From contig CM097885.1 in the NCBI GenBank assembly GCA_044892525.1, positions 39,372,001 to 39,436,000 of the forward strand: a stretch of 64,000 nucleotides of DNA. Reading direction: 5' to 3'. The notes beneath the pieces are model-generated. The model was not told the DNA's origin, did no database searches, and was given only the letters and a program-made list of their open reading frames with translations. Below are positions 40,063 through 48,645 of this stretch, piece after piece. This DNA comes from Schmidtea polychroa. Its lineage: Eukaryota. The position numbers and the translations under genes are program-made. Position 1 is the stretch's first letter, and each line of letters opens with the position of its first letter.

Positions 40063-40884
40063 TTAGATTACTTTATCTTCCTCATCAAAATTGGTGATGT
40101 TGATGGGTATCTCGTTATCCTCATTTATACTGACAATTTCTCTTGCCAATGGCAGCTCCCTTCTCTTCTCGAATTTTTGACTTGGTTCAAATATCATATC
40201 TCCTTTGGCTTCGTTATCGACCTTGACATAACATATTGTCTGGGTACGTGCTGGTATTATCATTTTTTCGGAGCATCTCACTTCTGTTCTCATTGTGCAT
40301 ATCTGTGCAGTTTTATCTTTTAATTTCATGGAACTCAAATCAATCACAATTTCTTTCAATAACTCCGGCATTACATCTGTTCCAATTATACATGATACAC
40401 TTAATTGTCTAATGACTGCGAGGTACGTCGTAACTTTAACTCCTTTATATTCGATCGTTGACCATACTCTTCCTACCACCGCTATGGATTGTTTGCTGCA
40501 TGTTATTACATCCATGGTTGTCTCCTCAATGAATGGCCATAGTCTACCTGGGAGCATATTCATATTTATTGCTGAGATATTTGCTCCGGTATCGATCATT
40601 GCATCCATCTCTATTCCGTTTACTTCAACCGTGATGGTTAAGGATGGTCCGGCTGGTGTCTGTAATACCGCAATCGTTCGTGTCTCAACTTCTTGTTCTA
40701 CACTTTTAGTCTGTTTGATCATCGTTGGATCCATTGCTGCCCAATTTGGTTCATAAGCTGTTGGATAAATGTTCGGTATGGGTAATCTTCCGGTTCCCAT
40801 TCTTATCCGTTCTCTCATTGTTCCTGGTCGTCGCATTGGTCCATTAGTTGGGGCCTGTAAATATGGTAATCCCCATGGTTTCAT
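40063..40884 (-). pseudogene. pol: pol: retroviral-type aspartic protease region
   Basis: AMIDTGANISAI and CIIGTD motifs; separated from RT only by an in-frame TAA (30 nt gap). Confidence 0.9.
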
Positions 40885-43069
40885 TTTTTTCGTTTTCCCA
40901 AGTGGCTGTGTTTTTGTTTATCAACATTGCTCCTCCTTGGTTATTATCATCGTCGTCGAAATCATCATTGTCATCACTATCATCGTCTCGTCTGAGGTTC
41001 ATCCACTTTTTCCACTTCCCGGTTCTTTTCGCTTTCTCTTGAGTTCTTTCTGCTTCTAATCTCATTATCACTTTGAACTTACGTCCGACTTCTTCGTCTG
41101 TCCCTTTCATTTGCGTTAATATTTTCAACAATCTTTTTATTCGATAGATATCCTTTGAGTGTCCATGCAACACCATTGTTTTCGCTAAGAACGGTAAGAA
41201 TCCAATTGCCAGTTTCCAATTTACTTTTCTCTCGCGCTTATAGATGTCAAAGCATGCTAGCATCTGGGTTAGTATCACTCTGACTATTTGTATTATCAGA
41301 ATAATTCCGAGTATCCCTGCCATCATTTGGCCAAATACTAAAAATCTACCCCACATAGCCTTCATCATGTTTGCTGTTGCCTGTTGATAGTGACTTGGTG
41401 ATAATAATAGCTCGTAGTTCGGGCTCTCCCCATAATTATTTCCTCCAGAAATAGTCACTATATTTGATAAAATCGCTTGTCTTTGTGCTGGGAATAACAT
41501 ATGGGCTCTTGCTGATTCGAGATCTTTTGGTGTATATAATCCACTCTGTGATACATCTATCGGCTTGAACTCTAATTCTGTTGTTAGTTCCGTCAATCCG
41601 AATTTTTTGGGTGTTGGTGCGATTGTTTTACTTGGGAATTGAACCCATTGTCCATCCTCTTTTTCGTACATTGGTCCATATGCATTACTGCAATTAAACA
41701 GATTTGGTTGAAACCCTACCGGGTTCATTATCCTAGTGACTGCTTGCACAAATCTGGGTTTTCCTTCATGAATAATTTCGAGTTCGTTTGCACACTTATC
41801 GCTTGGTATTATAGGGTTTTCTGGCAATCTTGCAATTATCTTTTTGCATTGATAGGTGTACATTACCTCGCCCACGATTCGTCCGAAATATCCTTCTTGC
41901 AGTGGTAGTAACGGGATTGCGTTATCTGGATTTGTAATTGCCATTGCTAATTTTGTTCTCAATATTTCTTTGTTGAGCAGGCAATCGTTTCTTAACAGAT
42001 CGTGATAGACCTTTTCCGTAGATGTTAATCCCCTGTGATATAAGAAATCCATCTTATTATTAGCATATAAATATAATTTGACATCTTTTTCGCTTAGTCT
42101 TCCAACTGCATTTGCTAGGGTTCTCCGCGACAAGTAGATCCCTTTATAATTGGTGCTGATCACCATCTCATCGCATTTACTCACCATTTTGTTCTTTATG
42201 AATCTCATTCCTATTCCATCGTCTTTGGAGATTATCGCTGTGGGTGTTACTTCCGATTCCAATTTCGATGTTAATACGTCTTCTCTGAATCCTTTCCTTG
42301 CTCTCAACTCTTCCATCGCTCGTTTTTCTGCTTCTCCTTTTGGTTCACTGTACACTTTCCCTTGGATTTCTTCGAATATTGCTGTTTTGAGTAACATTAG
42401 TCGACATACTTTCTGATCCGCATGGTATACCAGAGTTGACATTCCGGTTGAACATGATCGATCTGATGCGAGACAGCTTGGGTATTTCTTCATTGCTTGC
42501 GTGTCAGGGTCGAACTAACCTTGATACCTTTCCAATTTGGCTTCATAACTTTCTATTACGACCACTCCACTAACTAGTTGTCCGTTCAGGGTGTATGTTC
42601 CTGTCTCACATGTTCCGTCTCCTTTAGTGATTCTGCCTGCTGTATACCCTCGAGTCGTTTTTATTTTTCCTGGTTCTGCAGCAATTTCAATCCCTTGCCT
42701 TAAGTGGATTCTCCCCGATCGGAATCCTTCCTCGCATTCCTCTCTTGATAGTAATATTACCGTCGATTCCAATCCCGGTTCTATGATTGTTGAGTGGGAG
42801 GATGAACCGCAGTGATGTGCAAATATCTTTCTGGTTACCGTACATTCTTGGACCATGGTTTTGATGAAATCTGCTTCTTGATATACGTTGTACGAGACTG
42901 ATGCCATGACTGTTTGTAATTTTCTTGGGTTTGCCGCTTTACAGTCTTCCGTATCCTTTAATGAATATTTCTCATGGATTTTTATGTTGTCGCAGTCGTA
43001 TACTGCAAATGACTCTGTTCCCTTGATACACATCATCCATATCAATATCGTGGTTATTATGGCATTCAT
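40844..43069 (-). pseudogene. Envelope-like type I glycoprotein, chuvirus-G-like; split by an in-frame TAG at 42515
   Basis: Signal-like MNAIITTILIWMMCIKGTES, then FAVYDC..C..ECTV..HHCGSSSHS..REEC..GDGTC, a Cys-rich ectodomain and TM segment FLVFGQMMAGILGIILIIQIV. Confidence 0.7.
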
Positions 43070-44101
43070 TCCTTTTCGGCTTGCTCTTGGGTCGTTCATA
43101 TTGATTGTCCCTTCGAATTCAGTTAGCAAATCGCGTAACTTTGCTTGCATCATTTCCGTTTGATCTTTCTTCCCAGTTGATTTGATGAAGCTTCTCCATC
43201 CCCCTTGTTCGAGTATATATGGTTCTTTTGATCGTTTGATTATTTCTGTTACTGTGAATTCATAACTAGTTGCGTTATATTTTGGCATTAGTTTTTTATA
43301 TTGACCAATGACGTTATACACCAAATATGCTAATCCCACTAAATATCGATTTTGGTCCTCTGATCTGCTTAATAGATGTTCCACAATTAATCTGAGTTCC
43401 ATCGGATCCTTTAACGTTAATCGAATTTTATTATCCATGATTTTCATTATTATCGGTTTCAATACCGCCCATAATTGTTTGGCTTCGGTTGGAATATTAT
43501 CCTTCCTCATTATTCTTTTCACATCTGGATTTGCTAACGCTAACATGTTAGCTAATAAGTCGTTTATCCATCGTGTCCCTTGTTCCCGGACGTTTGTTTT
43601 CACTTTGACTTGTTTTACTAATGCACTTAGTTTATCCATTTTAGTTTTTACCTGTTCCATTTGCGCCTGAATTTTGGATTTTGGTTCCACTTCTGCTTTA
43701 TCTGTTTTTGGTCTTCCTCTTGTTCGTCGATCCATAGCTGTTCCGGTTTCTTTCCGTTTTGGCGGATTGTAAGTTGTATCTTTTGACGTGGTCGCTCCTG
43801 GATCTACTCTCCAGTTGCTCCATTCATCGGTTGTGGTTACATCTTTATCGACACCTCTTTCCACATTATCTAAATCCGTCTCGGCTTCTGTCGTTTCCAC
43901 TGGTTGTCTTTGCGCGCATACAAATCCATCTAGATCATCAGTTGTCGGTTCACCTTCGTCGATAAATAGATCTCCTGATTGCGATGCTCTCATAATCTCG
44001 CCAGCTTCTACTATCTCTTGTAATTCATCCAGTATTTCGTCTTCTCCCGTTGTTTTGATCGTTACTTCACTAACCGCATTTGGGACTTCTGGTGTGTCCA
44101 A
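42515..44101 (-). CDS. Polyprotein segment: acidic linker, Bcl-2-like domain (~43180-43580) and glycoprotein N-terminus
   Basis: Helical region ending QNRYLVGLAYLVY (BH1-like) and PYILEQGGWRSF (BH2-like). Confidence 0.65.
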   Translation of the reverse strand: MDTPEVPNAVSEVTIKTTGEDEILDELQEIVEAGEIMRASQSGDLFIDEGEPTTDDLDGFVCAQRQPVETTEAETDLDNVERGVDKDVTTTDEWSNWRVDPGATTSKDTTYNPPKRKETGTAMDRRTRGRPKTDKAEVEPKSKIQAQMEQVKTKMDKLSALVKQVKVKTNVREQGTRWINDLLANMLALANPDVKRIMRKDNIPTEAKQLWAVLKPIIMKIMDNKIRLTLKDPMELRLIVEHLLSRSEDQNRYLVGLAYLVYNVIGQYKKLMPKYNATSYEFTVTEIIKRSKEPYILEQGGWRSFIKSTGKKDQTEMMQAKLRDLLTEFEGTINMNDPRASRKGMNAIITTILIWMMCIKGTESFAVYDCDNIKIHEKYSLKDTEDCKAANPRKLQTVMASVSYNVYQEADFIKTMVQECTVTRKIFAHHCGSSSHSTIIEPGLESTVILLSREECEEGFRSGRIHLRQGIEIAAEPGKIKTTRGYTAGRITKGDGTCETGTYTLNGQLVSGVVVIESYEAKLERYQG

Positions 44102-44616
44102 ACTTCCTGGTTGTTGGTGGATGATTTTTGCTTTATCTCTCTTCTCCTTAATTCTCTACCTGCAATTTTACTCACCGTTAATCTGTTCACAATTTCTCCT
44201 TGAAGTGGTGTCACACCAATTTCAATATCATCGTCTAATGATCGTCCCTCGTGTTGTAAGTGAAACGGAAGTTCATAAGGTATTCTCTTTTTAACTTCCC
44301 TGACCTTGGCTGTTGTGTAGAATTCCTTTTCCATTGGTTCAAAATCTGGTAAGAATATATTTAGTTGATATTTCTCGGGTGAGTTTTCGGCCCACTCCTG
44401 TTGTTTCCATTTCCGGATGATTTCACCAAATTGCTCTGGGTACCATACGTATACTCGTCGATATTCCTCAATTGCTTTAACGATTTTTCGTAGGTTTTGA
44501 ATCCTTTTGCATGATTCGGCTATCCATTTTGCTAGTTCTACTACCGCTCGTCGACGATTTTTCGCACCGTTTTGTAATATTTCTATCAACTCCTTACACT
44601 TTTGTGCTTCCATCAA
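44062..44616 (-). CDS. Polyprotein segment of unknown function, bounded by frameshifts
   Basis: 184-aa minus-strand ORF overlapping the next segment; same purine-rich coding style. Confidence 0.5.
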   Translation of the reverse strand: MMEAQKCKELIEILQNGAKNRRRAVVELAKWIAESCKRIQNLRKIVKAIEEYRRVYVWYPEQFGEIIRKWKQQEWAENSPEKYQLNIFLPDFEPMEKEFYTTAKVREVKKRIPYELPFHLQHEGRSLDDDIEIGVTPLQGEIVNRLTVSKIAGRELRRREIKQKSSTNNQEVWTHQKSQMRLVK

Positions 44617-44783
44617 TGTTGCTGCTTCCTCCTCATCTGCGTCGGCGTCTATTGGTAGATGTCCTTAATCTGGTACTCTTCTCCTCATCATACAGATTCT
44701 CGGTTGATTTTCCGGTATGTTCAATCGTTGGTTCATTTCTTTTTCCATTTCCACCTCTACTCTGATCTGGATGGCATTGCCTT

Positions 44784-47057
44784 TCACAAATATCGACTGT
44801 TCGTTCTCGATGTAATTTGACGTATCAATTTAGACGTCCCAGAAGCGATATTTTCTAATGTCGTCGGTCGTTGATAGCAGGCGCTCCTTGGATCTGGTTT
44901 CAATGTTTCTTTATGTACGTTAAGGCTATATTTCAGTGGTTCGATCGCTATCGTTACTTTTCTGCTAAACGGCCATGGTACCTTGTCGTCATAACTTCCT
45001 TTGCAGATGATGAAGAATGCCGACACATAACTTCTTTTTCCTACTCCGTCTCCGTTCGGGTATATTCGCAATTTCATCTTGTACTCACCTAATCCTGAGT
45101 AAAACGGTGGACTTACTAATCGTGTGATTTTTTCTTCCTTTCCTGATTTTATCTTTTCCATCCAATTCTCAATTTTCCACGTGAATGGTGCTAACCTTAC
45201 CGGTTCTCGTATCTCCTCATCTTCTCCTAATTGTAATTCATTTTGGAATTCTTGTGGTAATATATCCTGGTAAGTATCGATTGGTTTCTCTCTTACCCAT
45301 ACTGCTGCGATCTCTTCGGGTATATTATCTATCCAATTTGGTTCCAACTTTTGCTGCTCCCAATCCCATCGAGCTTCACTTTCGATCCACACCTTTTTCC
45401 ATGGTATCAGTTTGCAATCTTCGTCATTGAAGGCTGCTAGTTTTAGTTTATCATCCTTTAGCCAATGGTTATAAATATCTATTATTCGATCCATCTTTGC
45501 TCTCATTCCCCATTGGAATCTCTTGATTTGTTGATCAGTTTTGGTGACGTTTTTGTGTCCGCCAGATGGTTCATCCATCGCGATTATATTAATGACGGCT
45601 CCATCTTCCCAGATTCCTAGTTCGTAAATTACAGTTCGGTCTCCTCTTTCTAGCATGTGTCGGTTGTACATTATTATCACATCTTCGATCATTTCATCCT
45701 CACTATTTTCTCGAGCTTTTTGGATAATCTCCTGATCTATGATTTGTACTAACTCGTCAACTTGGCAATCGGGATTGACTTCTATTATCTGTTTCTCTTC
45801 ATTTGGCAACTTCACCTTTATTTTTATCGTTTCTTGTTCGCATTTGGTTCTCTCGTATTCTCCGTATTTTGATATTAATTCTGTTGCTCGTTTATCTTCA
45901 AATCTCATAATTTCCGTGTCTCGTACGTCTTTGACAAATTGTTTCATTAGTTGTGGCCATCTTTCTCTTAGTCTATTAATATATTTCCTTGCCTGATCGA
46001 TAGCTTGTTTGACCAAGGTTATTTGGTTTTCTTTCATTATTTTTCGTTCGATCTTTTCCAATTCCGGTTCCACTTCATTGTTAAACACTTGTTGGATTTT
46101 CTTGAACATTTCTGTCACTGATTCGTCATCTCTGGTTTTCTCTAAGGTTAAGGTGTTAGTTTCGTTTGGCCATATCATCGCATCCACCAAATGTATGCCC
46201 GTTTTAACTTTGTAACCATCGACATATAATTGTTTATTTTTATGGCTCGTTCCCATCTTTTCCTGTACCCAGTTGTACAGTTCATCAGTATTTGTTCCTT
46301 TTAATTCAATGGCCCGTATCTGAATCTCGGGGTGTTGAATACTTACTTGGTATTGATCTGGGTCTGCGTCCTTTAGTTTCTCTTTATATTTTGTTGCTAG
46401 ATCTTTCCATGCTGCCGTTATTATACCTCCTTCACTCTGGTATACTTGAGTTATAAGTTTTAAGCATTTTCTGTATGTTGACTCGTTGATGTAGCTCTCA
46501 TTTCGCTCTATTTCTGTTACTGTGTCGAAAATTTCCTCGAATATCTCCTCATCGTCTTTTTCTATCATTGATTTCATGTCATCATTTTCACTCTCATCAC
46601 TACTTGGAGGTGTTTCACTGTTTGGAGGTGTTTTGGGTTCGTTATTTTCCTCGCTTGACTGGAATAATTCGCCTCCCAGGCTACTCACCTCACTTTTCTC
46701 ATCTTCCTGATCCGTCTGGTCACTCCGCATTTGTCTCAGCATGTTTATTTTAGCTTTAGTATGTGGTTCTTTCTTTTCAAACCACTCATTTTTCCTGAAC
46801 CAATGTTCTTTCACTTTTTCTTTTATTTGTTCCTCAGTTAATATAGGGTTTTCGTTTTTGATTCTATCTTCGATTTTTTGTAGTAGTACCCTCTGAATTC
46901 GATTTTTTGTAACTATCTCATTGCTTTTTGGTTCGTCTTTGCTCTCATCCCTTTTTTGTCTCCTTTCTTTTTCCTCTTTGGTAAATTCTTTAATCAATTG
47001 TATTTTCTCTTCACTGCTCAATTCTGTCTGTGGATCAATCTCATTTTCTTTTGTCAT
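44784..47057 (-). CDS. Polyprotein segment: coiled coil, two putative ubiquitin-like domains and TRAF-type MATH domain
   Basis: FTWKIENW..SPPFYSG..YKMKLRIYPNGDG..VSAFFIICKGSYDDKVPWPFSRKVTI is a TRAF-C signature; IKIKVKLPNEEKQIIEVNPDCQVDEL..YELGIWEDGAVINII resembles a Ubl fold. Confidence 0.8.
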   Translation of the reverse strand: MTKENEIDPQTELSSEEKIQLIKEFTKEEKERRQKRDESKDEPKSNEIVTKNRIQRVLLQKIEDRIKNENPILTEEQIKEKVKEHWFRKNEWFEKKEPHTKAKINMLRQMRSDQTDQEDEKSEVSSLGGELFQSSEENNEPKTPPNSETPPSSDESENDDMKSMIEKDDEEIFEEIFDTVTEIERNESYINESTYRKCLKLITQVYQSEGGIITAAWKDLATKYKEKLKDADPDQYQVSIQHPEIQIRAIELKGTNTDELYNWVQEKMGTSHKNKQLYVDGYKVKTGIHLVDAMIWPNETNTLTLEKTRDDESVTEMFKKIQQVFNNEVEPELEKIERKIMKENQITLVKQAIDQARKYINRLRERWPQLMKQFVKDVRDTEIMRFEDKRATELISKYGEYERTKCEQETIKIKVKLPNEEKQIIEVNPDCQVDELVQIIDQEIIQKARENSEDEMIEDVIIMYNRHMLERGDRTVIYELGIWEDGAVINIIAMDEPSGGHKNVTKTDQQIKRFQWGMRAKMDRIIDIYNHWLKDDKLKLAAFNDEDCKLIPWKKVWIESEARWDWEQQKLEPNWIDNIPEEIAAVWVREKPIDTYQDILPQEFQNELQLGEDEEIREPVRLAPFTWKIENWMEKIKSGKEEKITRLVSPPFYSGLGEYKMKLRIYPNGDGVGKRSYVSAFFIICKGSYDDKVPWPFSRKVTIAIEPLKYSLNVHKETLKPDPRSACYQRPTTLENIASGTSKLIRQITSRTNSRYL

Positions 47058-47217
47058 TTTTATCTCCTCGTTTATTATCGGATCACTCCCTTCGTTGTTA
47101 ACACACTGCTCCGCAGTGTGCGATTCCTCTTTTTTTTGTTAATCTCATCATATTTATTCTTCCGGGATTCGCTTCCCGTTGTTTCCATCTTTCTTGAATT
47201 TCTCTGGCTTCCTCGTT

Positions 47218-48645
47218 TTATAATCTTTGCCATTCGATTCGTTGTTGGTCTTGTTGTTGCTTACTCGGTTGTTTCCGGATTTCCTCGGTGCTCTGCATCA
47301 TATTGATTCGTTGCTGTTGATTATTAACCGGTATTCGTTGGATCATATCTTTTAATTGTTCGATTTCCTGCATGAGGTTAATTTGTGTGTTCTGACTTGG
47401 ATTGTTTGATCCTGGTTGATTTGGTTTGGTTCTCATCGTGCATTCTCTTGCCATGTGTCCAGGTTGATTACAATTGTAGCAGGTTCTGGTTCCTCCTCTG
47501 CCCATAGACATCATGGGTCCTCTGCAGACATTCTCCGTGTGGCCTCTTCTCCCACATTTTTGACACATCCTTGCTCTATAACATTCATTGCTCCAATGCC
47601 CTGATCGTTGGCATATGTTGCACGTCCGATTGTTAATGTCGTTGTTCCTGAAATTATTAGTAAAATTTTGAATATTACCTCCATTATCTTGGTTTCTTGT
47701 TTGTGGAGTTTTGAACAACTGTTGCGATCCTGGGATGAATTGATTCATTACTGGATTCGCATTATTGACTTGATTGTTTGTGGTTGTTGCTGTTGTTGCT
47801 GGAGCTGCTGGAGCTGCTGTCATTGCTGCTACTTGTATTGGTGTTAGGTAAGTTTCACATTTGTTAGCTATTTTTAGTGCTTCTTCCAGCGTCTCTGGTG
47901 CTCGACATCCCAAGGTTGCTCGTATATCCTCTCGTTTCATGCCATCTACGAATACGGCTATTATTTTGTCTTCCGGAACTGGTTGATTTGAATCGAAGGC
48001 TTCTCTTGCTAGTCGTCTCAATTCGCATGCGTACAGTGCGTTGGATTCGTTATATTTCTGCTTTCGATGCAGAAAGTCTAACATTTTTCGATTTCCTTCT
48101 TTCTCGGTACCGAATGTTTTTATTAAAAACTCCTTGATCTCTTTCCACGTTCTCAACTTTGTTGCATCGCATTTTGCCTCTAAATATACATTTTGGGCGC
48201 TTCCTTTTAGATATAGGGGTATTCGTTCTCGTACGACTATGTCTGGCCAGTGACATATCGTAATGTATACTTCAAATTCTTTTATAAACGTTTCTAGCTG
48301 GTTTATATTTCCATCGAATGGCTCTCCTCGAAATTTCTCTCTGAATTCTCCAATGTTGACGTGCACATTACTTGTTTCCGGTGGATCCGTTACCCCTGTT
48401 CCATTTGGAGTCCCGTCTGCCATTATTTCTTGACACAAGATTGTTATATTGGTTGATTCTGAACTATTTCCTTCCTCGTCTGTTGATTCGGTGTCGCTTA
48501 TCGGATCTAGTTCGGGTCGTTTGAAATCGTCGCTGTTCTCAAATTCGTTAGTTAAACTGTCCGATTCAAATACTGTTTCTACTGATGCTGGTTTCTTGTG
48601 TAGTTTTCTGTTTTTCTTGGCTCTTTGTATCTCTTCCTTTTCCAA
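47218..48645 (-). CDS. gag: Gag: capsid-like region plus three CCHC zinc knuckles
   Basis: EPFDG..LETFIKEFE..LYLKGSAQ..; CNICQRSGHWSNEC, CQKCGRRGHTENVC and CYNCNQPGHMAREC; true start uncertain (possibly MADG near 48423). Confidence 0.92.
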   Translation of the reverse strand: MEKEEIQRAKKNRKLHKKPASVETVFESDSLTNEFENSDDFKRPELDPISDTESTDEEGNSSESTNITILCQEIMADGTPNGTGVTDPPETSNVHVNIGEFREKFRGEPFDGNINQLETFIKEFEVYITICHWPDIVVRERIPLYLKGSAQNVYLEAKCDATKLRTWKEIKEFLIKTFGTEKEGNRKMLDFLHRKQKYNESNALYACELRRLAREAFDSNQPVPEDKIIAVFVDGMKREDIRATLGCRAPETLEEALKIANKCETYLTPIQVAAMTAAPAAPATTATTTNNQVNNANPVMNQFIPGSQQLFKTPQTRNQDNGGNIQNFTNNFRNNDINNRTCNICQRSGHWSNECYRARMCQKCGRRGHTENVCRGPMMSMGRGGTRTCYNCNQPGHMARECTMRTKPNQPGSNNPSQNTQINLMQEIEQLKDMIQRIPVNNQQQRINMMQSTEEIRKQPSKQQQDQQRIEWQRL

